From Spirochaetia bacterium (GTDB taxonomy: Bacteria > Spirochaetota > Spirochaetia > SZUA-6 > Bin103): a stretch of 64,000 bases of DNA. The first letter of the stretch is position 1; each line of letters starts with the position of its first letter. The notes beneath the pieces are model-generated. The model was given only the letters and a program-made list of their open reading frames with translations, did not search any database and was not told where the DNA came from. The stretch is from the NCBI GenBank assembly GCA_965198005.1, contig CBDAOI010000004.1, positions 1,824,001-1,888,000 on the forward strand, read 5' to 3'. Positions 9,238 to 18,785 of the stretch are shown here, one piece after another. The translations under genes were made by a program, and so were the position numbers.

Positions 9238-9414
9238 TCACCCGCCGACAGCGTGGCCCAAATGGAAGGTCACACGGACGAACCCGTTACGTTCATCTTG
9301 CATGAGTTCCGGCTCCGTACCGTTGAACTCGCGCATTTCTCGCTGCATGATCAGCCAGCCGTGATGTTGCAGCGCGGCTACTGTCTGTTCCGACCAGGCT
9401 TCATTTCGATGCAT
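9238..9414 (-). pseudogene. Remnant resembling the C-terminus of AlbA_2/HATPase_c_4 (RecG-C-like) proteins
   Basis: Manual translation ...GWLIMQREMREFNGTEPELMQDERNGFVRVTF..*, 58 aa. Confidence 0.45.
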
Positions 9415-10700
9415 GCGGGCGATGCGTTGACGGTGGCGTCCGCGGCGGCGGTCTCGGCCGTTGCGTCAGGCGGCGGGTCCGGCGCGGCCGGGGTCAGGCA
9501 GGCGCGGTTCAGCGCGCCGACGGTGGTGCAGCCGATCAGGGCCATGGTGCGCGCCAGCTCTTCCGCCAGCAGGGCGATGGCGTGGTCCACCCCCGCCTCG
9601 CCGGCGGCGCCGAGGCCGTAGAGATAGGGGCGCCCGGTCATGCAGGCGGCGGCGCCGAGCGCCACGGCCTTGGCGATGTCGCCGCCGCGGCGCACGCCGC
9701 CGTCGCAGATCACCGCCGCCCGGCCGCCGAGGGCGTCGGCTACCGGCGCCACCAGGTCGAGCGTGGCGGGCGAGCCTTCGAGCTGGCGGCCGCCGTGATT
9801 GGACAGGACGACCGCGGCGCAGCCGTGTTCGACCGCCAGCCGGGCGTCGGCCACGGTCTGGATGCCCTTGACCAGCAGCGGCCCGTCCCAGATCGAACGC
9901 AGCCACTCCAGGTCGCGCCAACTGCAGGTGGGGTCGAACTGGGACGCGATGTAACTGGACAGCGCCACCGGCGTGGACCCATCGGCGGCGCCGCGGCCGG
10001 CGAAGCAGGCGAAGGTGATCGGCTCGGCGCGGATGAAGCGCCAGGTCCACCCCGGGTGGCGGATGCCGTCGAGCAGCGTGCCGAGCCCGAGTTGCGGCGG
10101 CAGCGCGAGGCCGTGGCGGACGTCGCGTTCGCGCCGGCCTGCCACGGGCGTGTCGGCGGTGAGCATGAGCGCGCCGTACCCGGCGTCGGCGGCGCGCTGG
10201 ACCAGCTCCCGCACCAGGCCCCGGTCGCGCAGCATGTAGAGCTGGAACCAGAGGTCGCCGGCGCCGGCCGCCGCCACCTCCTCGATCGAGCGCGTGCCCA
10301 CGGTCGACAGGCAGTAGGGGATGCCGGCGCGGACGGCCGCGCGCGCCGGCGCCAGCTCGCCGTCCGGGTGGGCGATCCGCGTGAAGCCGGTGGGGGCGAG
10401 CACCAGCGGCAGCGCCAGCCGGCGCCCGAGCAGGGTGGTGCCGGTGTCCACCCGCGACACGTCGCGCAGCACGCGCGGCGCCCAGCACCGGCGCCGGTAG
10501 GCGGCGCAGTTGGCGCGCATGCTCACCTCGTCCTCGGCGCCGCCGTCGACGTAGTCGAACACGCCGCGCGGCAACCGCCGCTGCGCCATCCTCCGCAGGT
10601 CCGCCACGTTGAGCGCCCGCCGCCGCAGCCACTCCTGCCGGTCGCGCGCTCGCCTCCGCAGCCGAAACACCGCCCGCAACGAGTGCAGGTCAGGAGTCAA
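9378..10700 (-). CDS. FMN-dependent alpha-hydroxy-acid dehydrogenase/oxidase (LldD-like)
   Basis: FDYVDGGAEDE, LVKGI, SNHGGRQL, DGGVRRGGD. Confidence 0.9.
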   Translation of the reverse strand: MTPDLHSLRAVFRLRRRARDRQEWLRRRALNVADLRRMAQRRLPRGVFDYVDGGAEDEVSMRANCAAYRRRCWAPRVLRDVSRVDTGTTLLGRRLALPLVLAPTGFTRIAHPDGELAPARAAVRAGIPYCLSTVGTRSIEEVAAAGAGDLWFQLYMLRDRGLVRELVQRAADAGYGALMLTADTPVAGRRERDVRHGLALPPQLGLGTLLDGIRHPGWTWRFIRAEPITFACFAGRGAADGSTPVALSSYIASQFDPTCSWRDLEWLRSIWDGPLLVKGIQTVADARLAVEHGCAAVVLSNHGGRQLEGSPATLDLVAPVADALGGRAAVICDGGVRRGGDIAKAVALGAAACMTGRPYLYGLGAAGEAGVDHAIALLAEELARTMALIGCTTVGALNRACLTPAAPDPPPDATAETAAADATVNASPACIEMKPGRNRQ

Positions 10701-11248
10701 CTGACGAATTGAGTGAGCCTGGGGTATTCACGACACGCCTCTTTCAGAGATGGGGGTGCGAAACGATCAAGCCGTTGTGTTTCTTGGCACATGCGATGCA
10801 GCTCGTCTGCGAGACGGCGAACGTCTTTCTGCTTCAGATTCCGTAACTGTGGTTTGTAGTCCTGCTCCTCATCGACTTGGATTCCATCGCCGAGGTACTT
10901 GAGCCACGTTTCGATGTTTCGTTTTGGGATGGCTACGATTACCCGATCATCCGGTTGTCGCCGGGGAACGTGCTTTCTGTCGCATTCTTGATCCAACTTT
11001 GAACGTCTGGAGGCCGTCGAGATTGTATCCGCATCAGTCACCAGGAGCAGAACCGTCCTTTGTCGGTGTCGAATGGCCTGCAATTCTTGGGGGAAGCGCT
11101 CTCTTACCCACTGTTCTCCGGATCCCGTAGGACCGGGAAGAGGCAGACTATGAATGTCATGACGGCCAAAGTTGCGATGTCTCAGAAACCGACGGACGAA
11201 GCCCTCGGTTCGCATGTCTTCGCAGAGCAAGACTACTCTTGTCGCCAT
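10697..11248 (-). CDS. TOPRIM-like protein (DUF4276/RloB-like) partnered with an ABC ATPase
   Basis: VVLLCED near the N-terminus, LVTDAD DxD motif, NIETW; low GC. Confidence 0.65.
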   Translation of the reverse strand: MATRVVLLCEDMRTEGFVRRFLRHRNFGRHDIHSLPLPGPTGSGEQWVRERFPQELQAIRHRQRTVLLLVTDADTISTASRRSKLDQECDRKHVPRRQPDDRVIVAIPKRNIETWLKYLGDGIQVDEEQDYKPQLRNLKQKDVRRLADELHRMCQETQRLDRFAPPSLKEACREYPRLTQFVS

Positions 11249-11276
11249 TCGTCCGGTCCACGCTCAATGTTCCGGA

Positions 11277-12389
11277 TCAGTCGCCGTTGTCGTCCCATCC
11301 GCGTGCGATGGTCTCTGAAATCGATAGTCCGTCGACCGCGGCCTTAGGTTGGTCGCTCACCCGGGCCGGGCCATCTCCATCTCGGAAGAACCACCTGCCA
11401 TGCGCGCCCGCCATATAGTCGATGGTCACCGGATGATGGGACACGACGACGATCTGTTCCAGCGACTCGCCGCACCTCTCCATCGCCTGCGCGAGCCATG
11501 GCTGAATCTCCCGCAGAGCGAGGTAGTTGTCAGGTTCGTCGATGAACAGGGAAACGCGGCGGTCGTCCGTGAGCATAGTCAGGCTGTATAGCGCAATTAA
11601 AGCTCGCTGGCCGTCGGATAGCTGATCGAGGCCATAGTCGATCGTGCTGTTGGATGGACCGCGAAACGTAACTTTGAGAGCGCGCGAGTTCTCGCCGGAT
11701 TCTCTGAGTCTGAGTGAAGCGAAGCTCGGAAGAGATTCGCGCAGTGTCTCGAACAGCGCTCCTACGGAGCCCATGTTCTCCTGGGAATAGTGGCGGTACC
11801 AGCCGACAAAGTTGTCCATGAGAGGCTTAAGAAAGTCGTCTTCCGTCCTGGTTTCGGGCTTGATCAGGGGCGCACATGGACGTACGATTATGTAGTTTTG
11901 AAGATCTTTCTTGAACTTGGTCAACTTCTGATTATCGGGTCGTTCGTTCAGTGTACCTACTCCGGAGAGCGTCCAATCGAACGGATAGGCAGGACCCTCG
12001 TTGTAGTCGTCATGGTACAGTTGAGCTTCGCCATTCCTGAATTCAAAGATCGGTCTTCCGTCATGTTCAAGGGTTTCTTTCAGTATCCTCATTCTGTCAC
12101 GATCCGGGTCGTGTTCTACTTCGAGTCCGTAAACGTAAGAATGCCCATCGACGCTGGTCGCGATTTCGAAACGCTGTACGTTTCGCTTTCTGTTCAATGT
12201 CAGATCACGTGCCGGCAATACTTCGTCGATCCTGGCCCCGCGCACGACCAGATGTTGGATCCTTCGTAGTACGTCGAGCACTGACGTCTTGCCGGTGCCG
12301 TTGGCGCCAAGCAAGACGTTTGCTTCATCGAGCTCAAGTTCGAAATTGGTCAGGCACCGGAAGTTGTCGGCATAGAGTCTCTTCAGCAT
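11277..12389 (-). CDS. ABC/AAA_21-type ATPase
   Basis: NFRC, GANGTGKT, LSDGQR, FIDEPDN, SHHP. Confidence 0.88.
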   Translation of the reverse strand: MLKRLYADNFRCLTNFELELDEANVLLGANGTGKTSVLDVLRRIQHLVVRGARIDEVLPARDLTLNRKRNVQRFEIATSVDGHSYVYGLEVEHDPDRDRMRILKETLEHDGRPIFEFRNGEAQLYHDDYNEGPAYPFDWTLSGVGTLNERPDNQKLTKFKKDLQNYIIVRPCAPLIKPETRTEDDFLKPLMDNFVGWYRHYSQENMGSVGALFETLRESLPSFASLRLRESGENSRALKVTFRGPSNSTIDYGLDQLSDGQRALIALYSLTMLTDDRRVSLFIDEPDNYLALREIQPWLAQAMERCGESLEQIVVVSHHPVTIDYMAGAHGRWFFRDGDGPARVSDQPKAAVDGLSISETIARGWDDNGD

Positions 12390-12545
12390 GGCATGTCACC
12401 CGGCTTGTCGGCGGTTGTTGAACGTGTTTATCGTATGCGAAGTCCCGGTCACGGTGTCAACCGGGGGAGCACCGTGGCTGGGATGCGCGGGGCGGTAGCC
12501 ACGCCGGGCGGTTTTGGGGCACTCTCACGGCCATGAGGATTTCTG

Positions 12546-13358
12546 ATGGCTGAGGGGCGACTGGCGGGCAAGGTCGCGATCGTGACCGGGGCGGGTGCCC
12601 ATGAGACGGGGTTGCTGGGGACGGGCCGTGCCATTGCGGTGGCGCTGGCGCGGGAGGGGGCGCGCGTAGTGGTGGCCGACCGCGAGCGGGCGAACGCCGA
12701 CCGGACGCTGGCCCAGATCGAAAGCGAGGGCGGCACCGGCTCGGTGTTCGTGGGCGACCTGACCCGCAGCGACCAGTGCGCGACGCTGGCCGCGGCGGCG
12801 GTGGAACGCTACGGCCGGCTGGACGTGCTGGTGAACAACCTGGGCGGCCACGGCCGCGGCACGGTCACGGACATGACCGAGGAAACGGTGGACTTCGCGC
12901 TCGACTTGAACCTCAAGAGCGCGATGTTCACGAGCAAGCACGCGATTCCGCACATGGCGGCGACGGGGGGCGGTTCGATCATCAACGTCACGTCGATCGA
13001 CGGGCTCAGCGCGGGCATGGCGTTCAACACGCCCTACGGCGTGGCCAAGGGCGCGCTGGTGATGCTGGCCAAGAACACCGCGGCCTACCACGGGCGGCAG
13101 GGGATTCGCGCCAACTGCATCGCGCCGGGACACCTGCGCGCGGCGTTCACCACCGGCATGCCGGCGGAGGTGCACGACCTGCGCCGGCGCGCGGCCCCGC
13201 TCGGCACCGAGGGCACGGCCTGGGACATCGCCTGGGCGGCGGTGTTTCTCGCCAGCGACGAAGCGCGCTGGATCTCCGGCGTCACCCTGCCGGTGGACGG
13301 CGGCCTGCTGGCGGCCGCGCCGCTGACCGCCCACCGCTACATGCAGGACGATCAGTAG
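12546..13358 (+). CDS. SDR family oxidoreductase
   Basis: TGAG...GTG, YGVAK, LPVDGG. Confidence 0.9.
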   Translation: MAEGRLAGKVAIVTGAGAHETGLLGTGRAIAVALAREGARVVVADRERANADRTLAQIESEGGTGSVFVGDLTRSDQCATLAAAAVERYGRLDVLVNNLGGHGRGTVTDMTEETVDFALDLNLKSAMFTSKHAIPHMAATGGGSIINVTSIDGLSAGMAFNTPYGVAKGALVMLAKNTAAYHGRQGIRANCIAPGHLRAAFTTGMPAEVHDLRRRAAPLGTEGTAWDIAWAAVFLASDEARWISGVTLPVDGGLLAAAPLTAHRYMQDDQ

Positions 13359-13377
13359 CGCACACCAGCGATAACAT

Positions 13378-14757
13378 CTAGTCGCCCAGGACATCGCGCA
13401 CCGCGGCGGCCACGATCTCGACCATGCGGTCGAGCTCGGCGGCGGTCGTGACCACCGGCGGCGCCAGCAGGAACACGTCGCCGCGCATGCGGCTGAACAG
13501 CCCGCGGCGCTGCGCCGCGGCGTGCACCCGCGCCCCGACGTTGTCGGCCGCCGGGTACTCCGCCTTGGTCGCGCGGTCCTGCACCAGCTCCACGCCGCAC
13601 ATCAGCCCCAGGCCGCGCACCTCGCCCACGTGCGGATGGTCGCCGAGCGCGGCGTGCAGCCCCGCCAGCAGCCGTTCGCCCTTGGCCGCGGCCTGCGCCG
13701 GGAACTGTTCGTCCACGATGATGTCGACCGCGCGCAGCGCCACCGCGCAGCCCACCGGGTGGGCGCTGTAGGTGTAGGCGTGCATCCACGGGGTGGGGGC
13801 GCCGTCCAGCACCGCGGCGATCCGGTCGTTCACGCCGACGCCGCCGAGCGGAAAGTAGCCCGACGTCACGGCCTTGGCGAACTGCATCAGATCGGGCTCC
13901 ACGCCCCAGTGGTCGAGCGCGAACAGCTTGCCGGTGCGGCTGAAGCCGGTGATCACCTCGTCCGCCACCAGCAGTACGTCGTAGCGGTCGCAGATCTCGC
14001 GGATGCGGGGGAAGTAGTCGTCCTGCGGCACGATCACCCCGCCCGCGCCCTGCACCGGCTCGGCCATGAACATCGCCACCGTGTCCGCGCCCGCGCGCTG
14101 AATCGCCCGCTCCAGCTCGTCCGCCGCCGCCACCCCCTGGCTGACGCCGGCCGGCGCCTGGTAGCGGTAGGGGTAGGGGGAGGGGATGTGGATGAAGCCG
14201 GGCACGCGCGGCTCGAACGCCGGCCAGTAGGTGGCGATGCCGGTAGCGCTCATGGCCGCCAGCGTCACCCCGTGGTAGCCCCAGCGGCGCGAGATCACCT
14301 TGACCTTGTCCGGCTTGCCGAGCAGCTTCCAGTAGGAACGGGCCAGCTTGAAGCTGGTCTCGCTCGCCTCGCCGCCGCCCGAGGTGAAGAAGAAGCGGTT
14401 GATCGAAGGGTAGGTCAGCCCGGCCAGCCGCTCGGCCAGCTCGATCGCTGGCGGGCTCGAGCTGCCGGCGTAGGCCGAGCAGTAGGCGAGCGTCGCCATC
14501 TGCGCCGCCGCCGCCTCGACCAGCTCGCGGCGGCCGTGTCCGGCCACCACGTTCCACAGACCGGACAGGCCGTCCAGGTAGCGCCTGCCGTCGGCGTCCA
14601 CCAGCACGGCGCCCTCGCCCTTGACCCACACGTGCCCCTCCAGGTGCGTGCTGCGGCTGTGGATCGGGTGGATCAGGTGGCGCAGGTCGCGTTCCAGATA
14701 GTCGGCCCTGGTGGTCGAGGTCGGTGGCATCGTGGATGTCGGTGGCATCGTCGGCAT
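13378..14757 (-). CDS. Class III aminotransferase (omega-amine/putrescine:pyruvate type)
   Basis: SGGGEA, GYHG, EPVQGAGG, ADEVITGF, FAKAVTSGY. Confidence 0.92.
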   Translation of the reverse strand: MPTMPPTSTMPPTSTTRADYLERDLRHLIHPIHSRSTHLEGHVWVKGEGAVLVDADGRRYLDGLSGLWNVVAGHGRRELVEAAAAQMATLAYCSAYAGSSSPPAIELAERLAGLTYPSINRFFFTSGGGEASETSFKLARSYWKLLGKPDKVKVISRRWGYHGVTLAAMSATGIATYWPAFEPRVPGFIHIPSPYPYRYQAPAGVSQGVAAADELERAIQRAGADTVAMFMAEPVQGAGGVIVPQDDYFPRIREICDRYDVLLVADEVITGFSRTGKLFALDHWGVEPDLMQFAKAVTSGYFPLGGVGVNDRIAAVLDGAPTPWMHAYTYSAHPVGCAVALRAVDIIVDEQFPAQAAAKGERLLAGLHAALGDHPHVGEVRGLGLMCGVELVQDRATKAEYPAADNVGARVHAAAQRRGLFSRMRGDVFLLAPPVVTTAAELDRMVEIVAAAVRDVLGD

Positions 14758-14760
14758 TGG

Positions 14761-15990
14761 TCAGCTCTCCCAGTACCGTTTCAGGGCCGCGAGCCCCTCT
14801 TCCGCGTCGGTCACGTCGATTCCCGAGTAGGCGAACCGCACGTACACCCGCGGCTCGTCCGGCGCGCCGCGGCCGAAGTGGCCGCGCGAGCAGAACGACA
14901 CGCCGGTGCGGCGCATGGTGTCGATCCGAAACGCCTGCTCGTCGGCCGCGCGCCGCGTCATGGAGAATCCCCGGCGCCGGTACACCTCGGTCACGTCGGC
15001 GAACAGGTAGAAGGTTGCGTCGGACGCCGGCACCGTTACGCCGTCGATGGCGTTGAGGCGGTCGGTGATCAGAGCGCGCCGTTGCCGGAGGCTGCGCAGA
15101 ATGTGCCGCACCCCGCCCTGGTCCCCCTGCAGCGCCTCCAGCCCGGCCATCTGGACGAAGTGGTTGGTGCACGACTCGTCGTTGGTGTTGATCTTGGTGA
15201 TGACGTCGATCACCGGCTGCGGGCCGATCGCGGCGCCCAGCCGCCAGCCGGTCATCGCGTATTTCTTGGAGAAGGTGTAGCCGATCATGGTGCGCTCGCT
15301 CATCCCTTCCTGCTCGACGATGGTATGGCTGCTGCCGGCGTAGCGGATATCGACGTAGGGGTCGTCGGACAGCACCCACAGGTCGCGCTCCCGCGCCTGG
15401 GCGGCGAGCCACTCCAGCTCGTCGCGGTTGGCGTCGGCGCCGGTCGGGTTGTGCTGCGCGTTCACGATCAGCACGCGGGTGGTGTCGTTCATCGCGTGCT
15501 GCACCGAGTTCAGGTCAATCCGGAAGCGGCCGTCCTCGACGGTGTAGGCGTAGGGCTGACCGCGTCCGCCCAGGAAGTCCACCTGCGACTCGTAGATCGG
15601 GTAGCCGGGATTGGGGTAGAGCACGCCGTCGCCGGGCTCCATGATCGCCATCAGGAACTTGCCGATGCACGGCTTGCCCCCCGGCTGAATCGACACGTTG
15701 GCCGCCCTGTACGGGACCCCGCGCCGCCGGCTGAGGTCGGCCGCCAGCGCCTCGCGGAGCTGGGGAATGCCGCCGGCCGGCGTGTAGAAGGTCTTGCCGT
15801 CGAGCATCGCGCGGTGGGCGGCCTGAATGATGTTCATCGGCGTGCGGAGGTTCATGTCGCCGAGGTGGAACGGGTAGACCCGGTGGCCCTGAGAAGCCCA
15901 TGTGGCCGCGTCGCCCGACACCGCGAACGCGGTCTCGGTGCCCAGTTGGGCGATGCGGCGGGCGATTCGAGGTTGCGAGAGGGCTGGCAT
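14761..15990 (-). CDS. Class I/II aminotransferase (aspartate aminotransferase-like)
   Basis: HNPTG, SDDPY, FSKKYAMTGWRLG; start ATG 15990 overlaps the upstream stop (TGATG). Confidence 0.9.
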   Translation of the reverse strand: MPALSQPRIARRIAQLGTETAFAVSGDAATWASQGHRVYPFHLGDMNLRTPMNIIQAAHRAMLDGKTFYTPAGGIPQLREALAADLSRRRGVPYRAANVSIQPGGKPCIGKFLMAIMEPGDGVLYPNPGYPIYESQVDFLGGRGQPYAYTVEDGRFRIDLNSVQHAMNDTTRVLIVNAQHNPTGADANRDELEWLAAQARERDLWVLSDDPYVDIRYAGSSHTIVEQEGMSERTMIGYTFSKKYAMTGWRLGAAIGPQPVIDVITKINTNDESCTNHFVQMAGLEALQGDQGGVRHILRSLRQRRALITDRLNAIDGVTVPASDATFYLFADVTEVYRRRGFSMTRRAADEQAFRIDTMRRTGVSFCSRGHFGRGAPDEPRVYVRFAYSGIDVTDAEEGLAALKRYWES

Positions 15991-18560
15991 CAATCGGCGA
16001 CCGCCGGCTCCTGCTCGAGCGCCGCCAGGAACTGGCGCTGCCGCTCCAGACGCCGCGGGCGGTCGGCCGCGAATCGTTTCACCCCTTCGCAGATCGAGTC
16101 GGCGTCCAGGCGCGCCTCGGCGATCACGTCGCCTTCGGTCCCGCCGGTGAGCCACCGCTCGTGCCAGTCCGAGGTGAGCGAGTACTCGCTCGTCAGGGGC
16201 CCCGGGTCGCGGATCGGCCACACGCGCCGGGTGCCGGTGCTCACCACCATCAGGTCGGCGCGCGCCTCCGGCGGCAGCACCGCGTCGCGGTAGGCCGCCG
16301 GCTGCCGGTCGAACAGCTCCTCGCTGATCGCGGCCACCACCTTCACGTTCACGCCCGCCTCCTCCAGGCGGGGCAGCGCCTGCACCAGGTTGAAGGTGGA
16401 GCTGGACCCTTGCACCAGCACGTAGCCGTCGCGCGGCTTGCCCGCGGCGAAGTCGCGGATCACGTAGAAGCCCTTGGCGGCCGCGTACAGGTCGCTGTCG
16501 CCGAACGAGGCACGGTCCGCCACCGGGAAGTCGGGGCGCGCCACCTCGATCACGATGACTCCGACCTGCGCCTCGCGGGCGGCGATCTCGGCGGCGGCGA
16601 AGTAGCCGGGCGCCACGTCGTTGTAGTCCCAGAAGCTCAGGCCGATCACCTGGCCGCGCGGAAACAGGCGCCACACCTGCGGCGCGAAGATGCCGAAGTG
16701 GGTGCGCGCGTCGGCCGCGGTCTCGGGGCCGGAGTGGCCGGCGAGGATGTGCAGGACCCCGACCCGGAATGGGCTGTCCTGGTTCTGCTGGCTCCACACG
16801 CGCGCCGGCAGGTACATCAGCGGCGTGAACGCGCCGTAGCTGCCGCTCAACGCCCACACGCCGGCGTGCACCGCGGGGTCAGGCGAGGCGCTCTGTCCCA
16901 CCAGGCCGATCGCGGTGAGGGTGTTGCACGCCTCCTGGATCGCCGCCTTGAAGCGCGTGCCCGCCGGATTGGTGACCGGATCGTAGTGGCCGGTGAGCGA
17001 GCCCAGCTCGACGTTGATCGAGCTCGACAGGTCGGCCGCCACCGTAATGAAGCGGTTGTCGGTGACGTGGTTGACCCACTTGATCACTTCCGAGATCGCC
17101 CGCCGGGTGCCGGCCAGCTTGCCGGGTTGCTCGAACAGCGTCACCGTGGCCTCGCCCGCGCCGCCCGGGGTGGCGACGACGCACGGCTCGGTGGGCAGGT
17201 TGGCCACCCGCAGCCGCTCGTCCTGGAACGGGTCACGGGTCACGTCGATGCGCAGCGGCAGCTCGCGCGGGACGGTGTCCGCAATCGCCAGCAGCCGATC
17301 CGCCAGCCAGTCGCCGAGGCCGTCCCGGTCCAGCACCGACATCGCCACGTCGATGTTGGTCATGAACTGGATCAACCGCTCGCGCGGATCGCTCACCGCG
17401 CCGTCGCGGATCCCCGCGAACCGCACGCCGAAGCGCTGCTCGAAGGTCTCGGCCAGCGCCACGAAGTAGGGGACGTTCATCTTCATGTCGTACGGGTGGC
17501 TTTCGTAGCTCACCACCTGGTCGCCGAAACCGGGAATGGTGCCGTTCATGGCCGTCGGCCACCACCCCTTGGTGGTGCGGCCGACCATGATCATGGGCCG
17601 CCGGTCGGCGGGATCCCAGTTCTCCATGGTGTGCAGCGCGGCGAGGATGTCGTCGTAGTCGTTGCCGTGGGCCAGGGAGAGCACGTTCCAGCCGTAGGCC
17701 GACCACTGGTCTTCGATCACGTAGGCGTCGATGGCGGCCGGCACCACCCCGTCCAGCAGCCGATCGTCGATGCCGGCGTTGTTGAACGAGAGCAGGATGC
17801 GCAGCCGCTTGCCCACCTGCTGCGCCACCGCCTGGGTCTTGAGTTCCTGGGCGTGGCCGGCGGTCATCGCGAACTCGCCTTCGAGCGCCATCACCTTGAG
17901 CGACGGCGGCGCGCCGGCGAAGTCCCAGAACGCCGCCTTGCCGGCGGAGGTGCCGATGCCGATGCCGGAGGGACCGCCGTTGACGTCGTTGGTGAGGTCG
18001 GTGGTCTCGGCGTGGCCGGCCAGGGCGCGGATGCCGCGCAGCTTGGCCTGCGCGAACCGCGGATGATCGGACAGCCCGTGGTCGGCCAGCAGCGTGGCCA
18101 GCGGGCCGGCGCCGCGGCGAAAGCCGAGCGCGTCGATCGGCAGCAGCGCGACGTCGGGATTGACGTGGTACCGGTCGTCGCCGGTGGCGGCATGGCGGCG
18201 CGCGAGCGCTTCGCCCATGATCATCCACAGCGCGTAGGCGGTGGGGATGTTGTGCCCGCCGGCCAGCAGGAAGCGGTCGGCGTACGGGTGCTTGGGACGG
18301 CGATAGTCGTAGCGCAGGCCGCCGGCGTCGGGGCCGGCCAGGTGCAGCGCCACGTTGTAGGGGGTGTAGGCGAGCGGCCCGCCGAAGTGGCCGGTCTGGG
18401 CGTAGTTGCCCAGTAGGGTGAGCGTCATCGCGGTGAGAAACCCGACTTGCTCGAAGCGGTCACCGTCGTAGTCGGGAATCGGGACGGCGCGCTCGGATGG
18501 CGTGTGCGGGGCTCCGCGTTCGCGGATGCCGACGGCTGAGGTTCCATTTGACCCTGACAA
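15990..18560 (-). CDS. Single-chain transketolase-like TPP enzyme
   Basis: TGHFGG, LAGGH, GHAE, ADLSSS, GHSGPETAADARTH; TTG start 18560 after RBS GAGGAG. Confidence 0.8.
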   Translation of the reverse strand: MSGSNGTSAVGIRERGAPHTPSERAVPIPDYDGDRFEQVGFLTAMTLTLLGNYAQTGHFGGPLAYTPYNVALHLAGPDAGGLRYDYRRPKHPYADRFLLAGGHNIPTAYALWMIMGEALARRHAATGDDRYHVNPDVALLPIDALGFRRGAGPLATLLADHGLSDHPRFAQAKLRGIRALAGHAETTDLTNDVNGGPSGIGIGTSAGKAAFWDFAGAPPSLKVMALEGEFAMTAGHAQELKTQAVAQQVGKRLRILLSFNNAGIDDRLLDGVVPAAIDAYVIEDQWSAYGWNVLSLAHGNDYDDILAALHTMENWDPADRRPMIMVGRTTKGWWPTAMNGTIPGFGDQVVSYESHPYDMKMNVPYFVALAETFEQRFGVRFAGIRDGAVSDPRERLIQFMTNIDVAMSVLDRDGLGDWLADRLLAIADTVPRELPLRIDVTRDPFQDERLRVANLPTEPCVVATPGGAGEATVTLFEQPGKLAGTRRAISEVIKWVNHVTDNRFITVAADLSSSINVELGSLTGHYDPVTNPAGTRFKAAIQEACNTLTAIGLVGQSASPDPAVHAGVWALSGSYGAFTPLMYLPARVWSQQNQDSPFRVGVLHILAGHSGPETAADARTHFGIFAPQVWRLFPRGQVIGLSFWDYNDVAPGYFAAAEIAAREAQVGVIVIEVARPDFPVADRASFGDSDLYAAAKGFYVIRDFAAGKPRDGYVLVQGSSSTFNLVQALPRLEEAGVNVKVVAAISEELFDRQPAAYRDAVLPPEARADLMVVSTGTRRVWPIRDPGPLTSEYSLTSDWHERWLTGGTEGDVIAEARLDADSICEGVKRFAADRPRRLERQRQFLAALEQEPAVAD

Positions 18561-18733
18561 AGTTCGTGCTCCTCGGATGGGTTTCTCATCCCGGCTCGCT
18601 GTCTCGCCGCGCAGGCTGCGCCCGCGGCCGCCACGCGCGGCCCGGCGGAGAGCGGTGGCGCAACAGAGAGCTGGGCGAACCGCAGATTGCCCCTGCACTA
18701 TAGGGCGTCTGCGACCGCCCATCAAGAGGCGGT

Positions 18734-18781
18734 GCTCCCGCGCTCCCGCGCTCCCGCGTTCCGGCGCTCCGGCGCTCCGGC
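18734..18781. repeat. 8-bp tandem repeat x6 (GCTCC[C/G]GC)
   Basis: gctcccgc x3, gttccggc, gctccggc x2, directly after the lactonase stop. Confidence 0.85.
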
Positions 18782-18785
18782 AGAG

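Noticed and set aside
18734-18781. Repeat array as a possible CRISPR
   Set aside because: 8-bp units with no spacers and no cas genes
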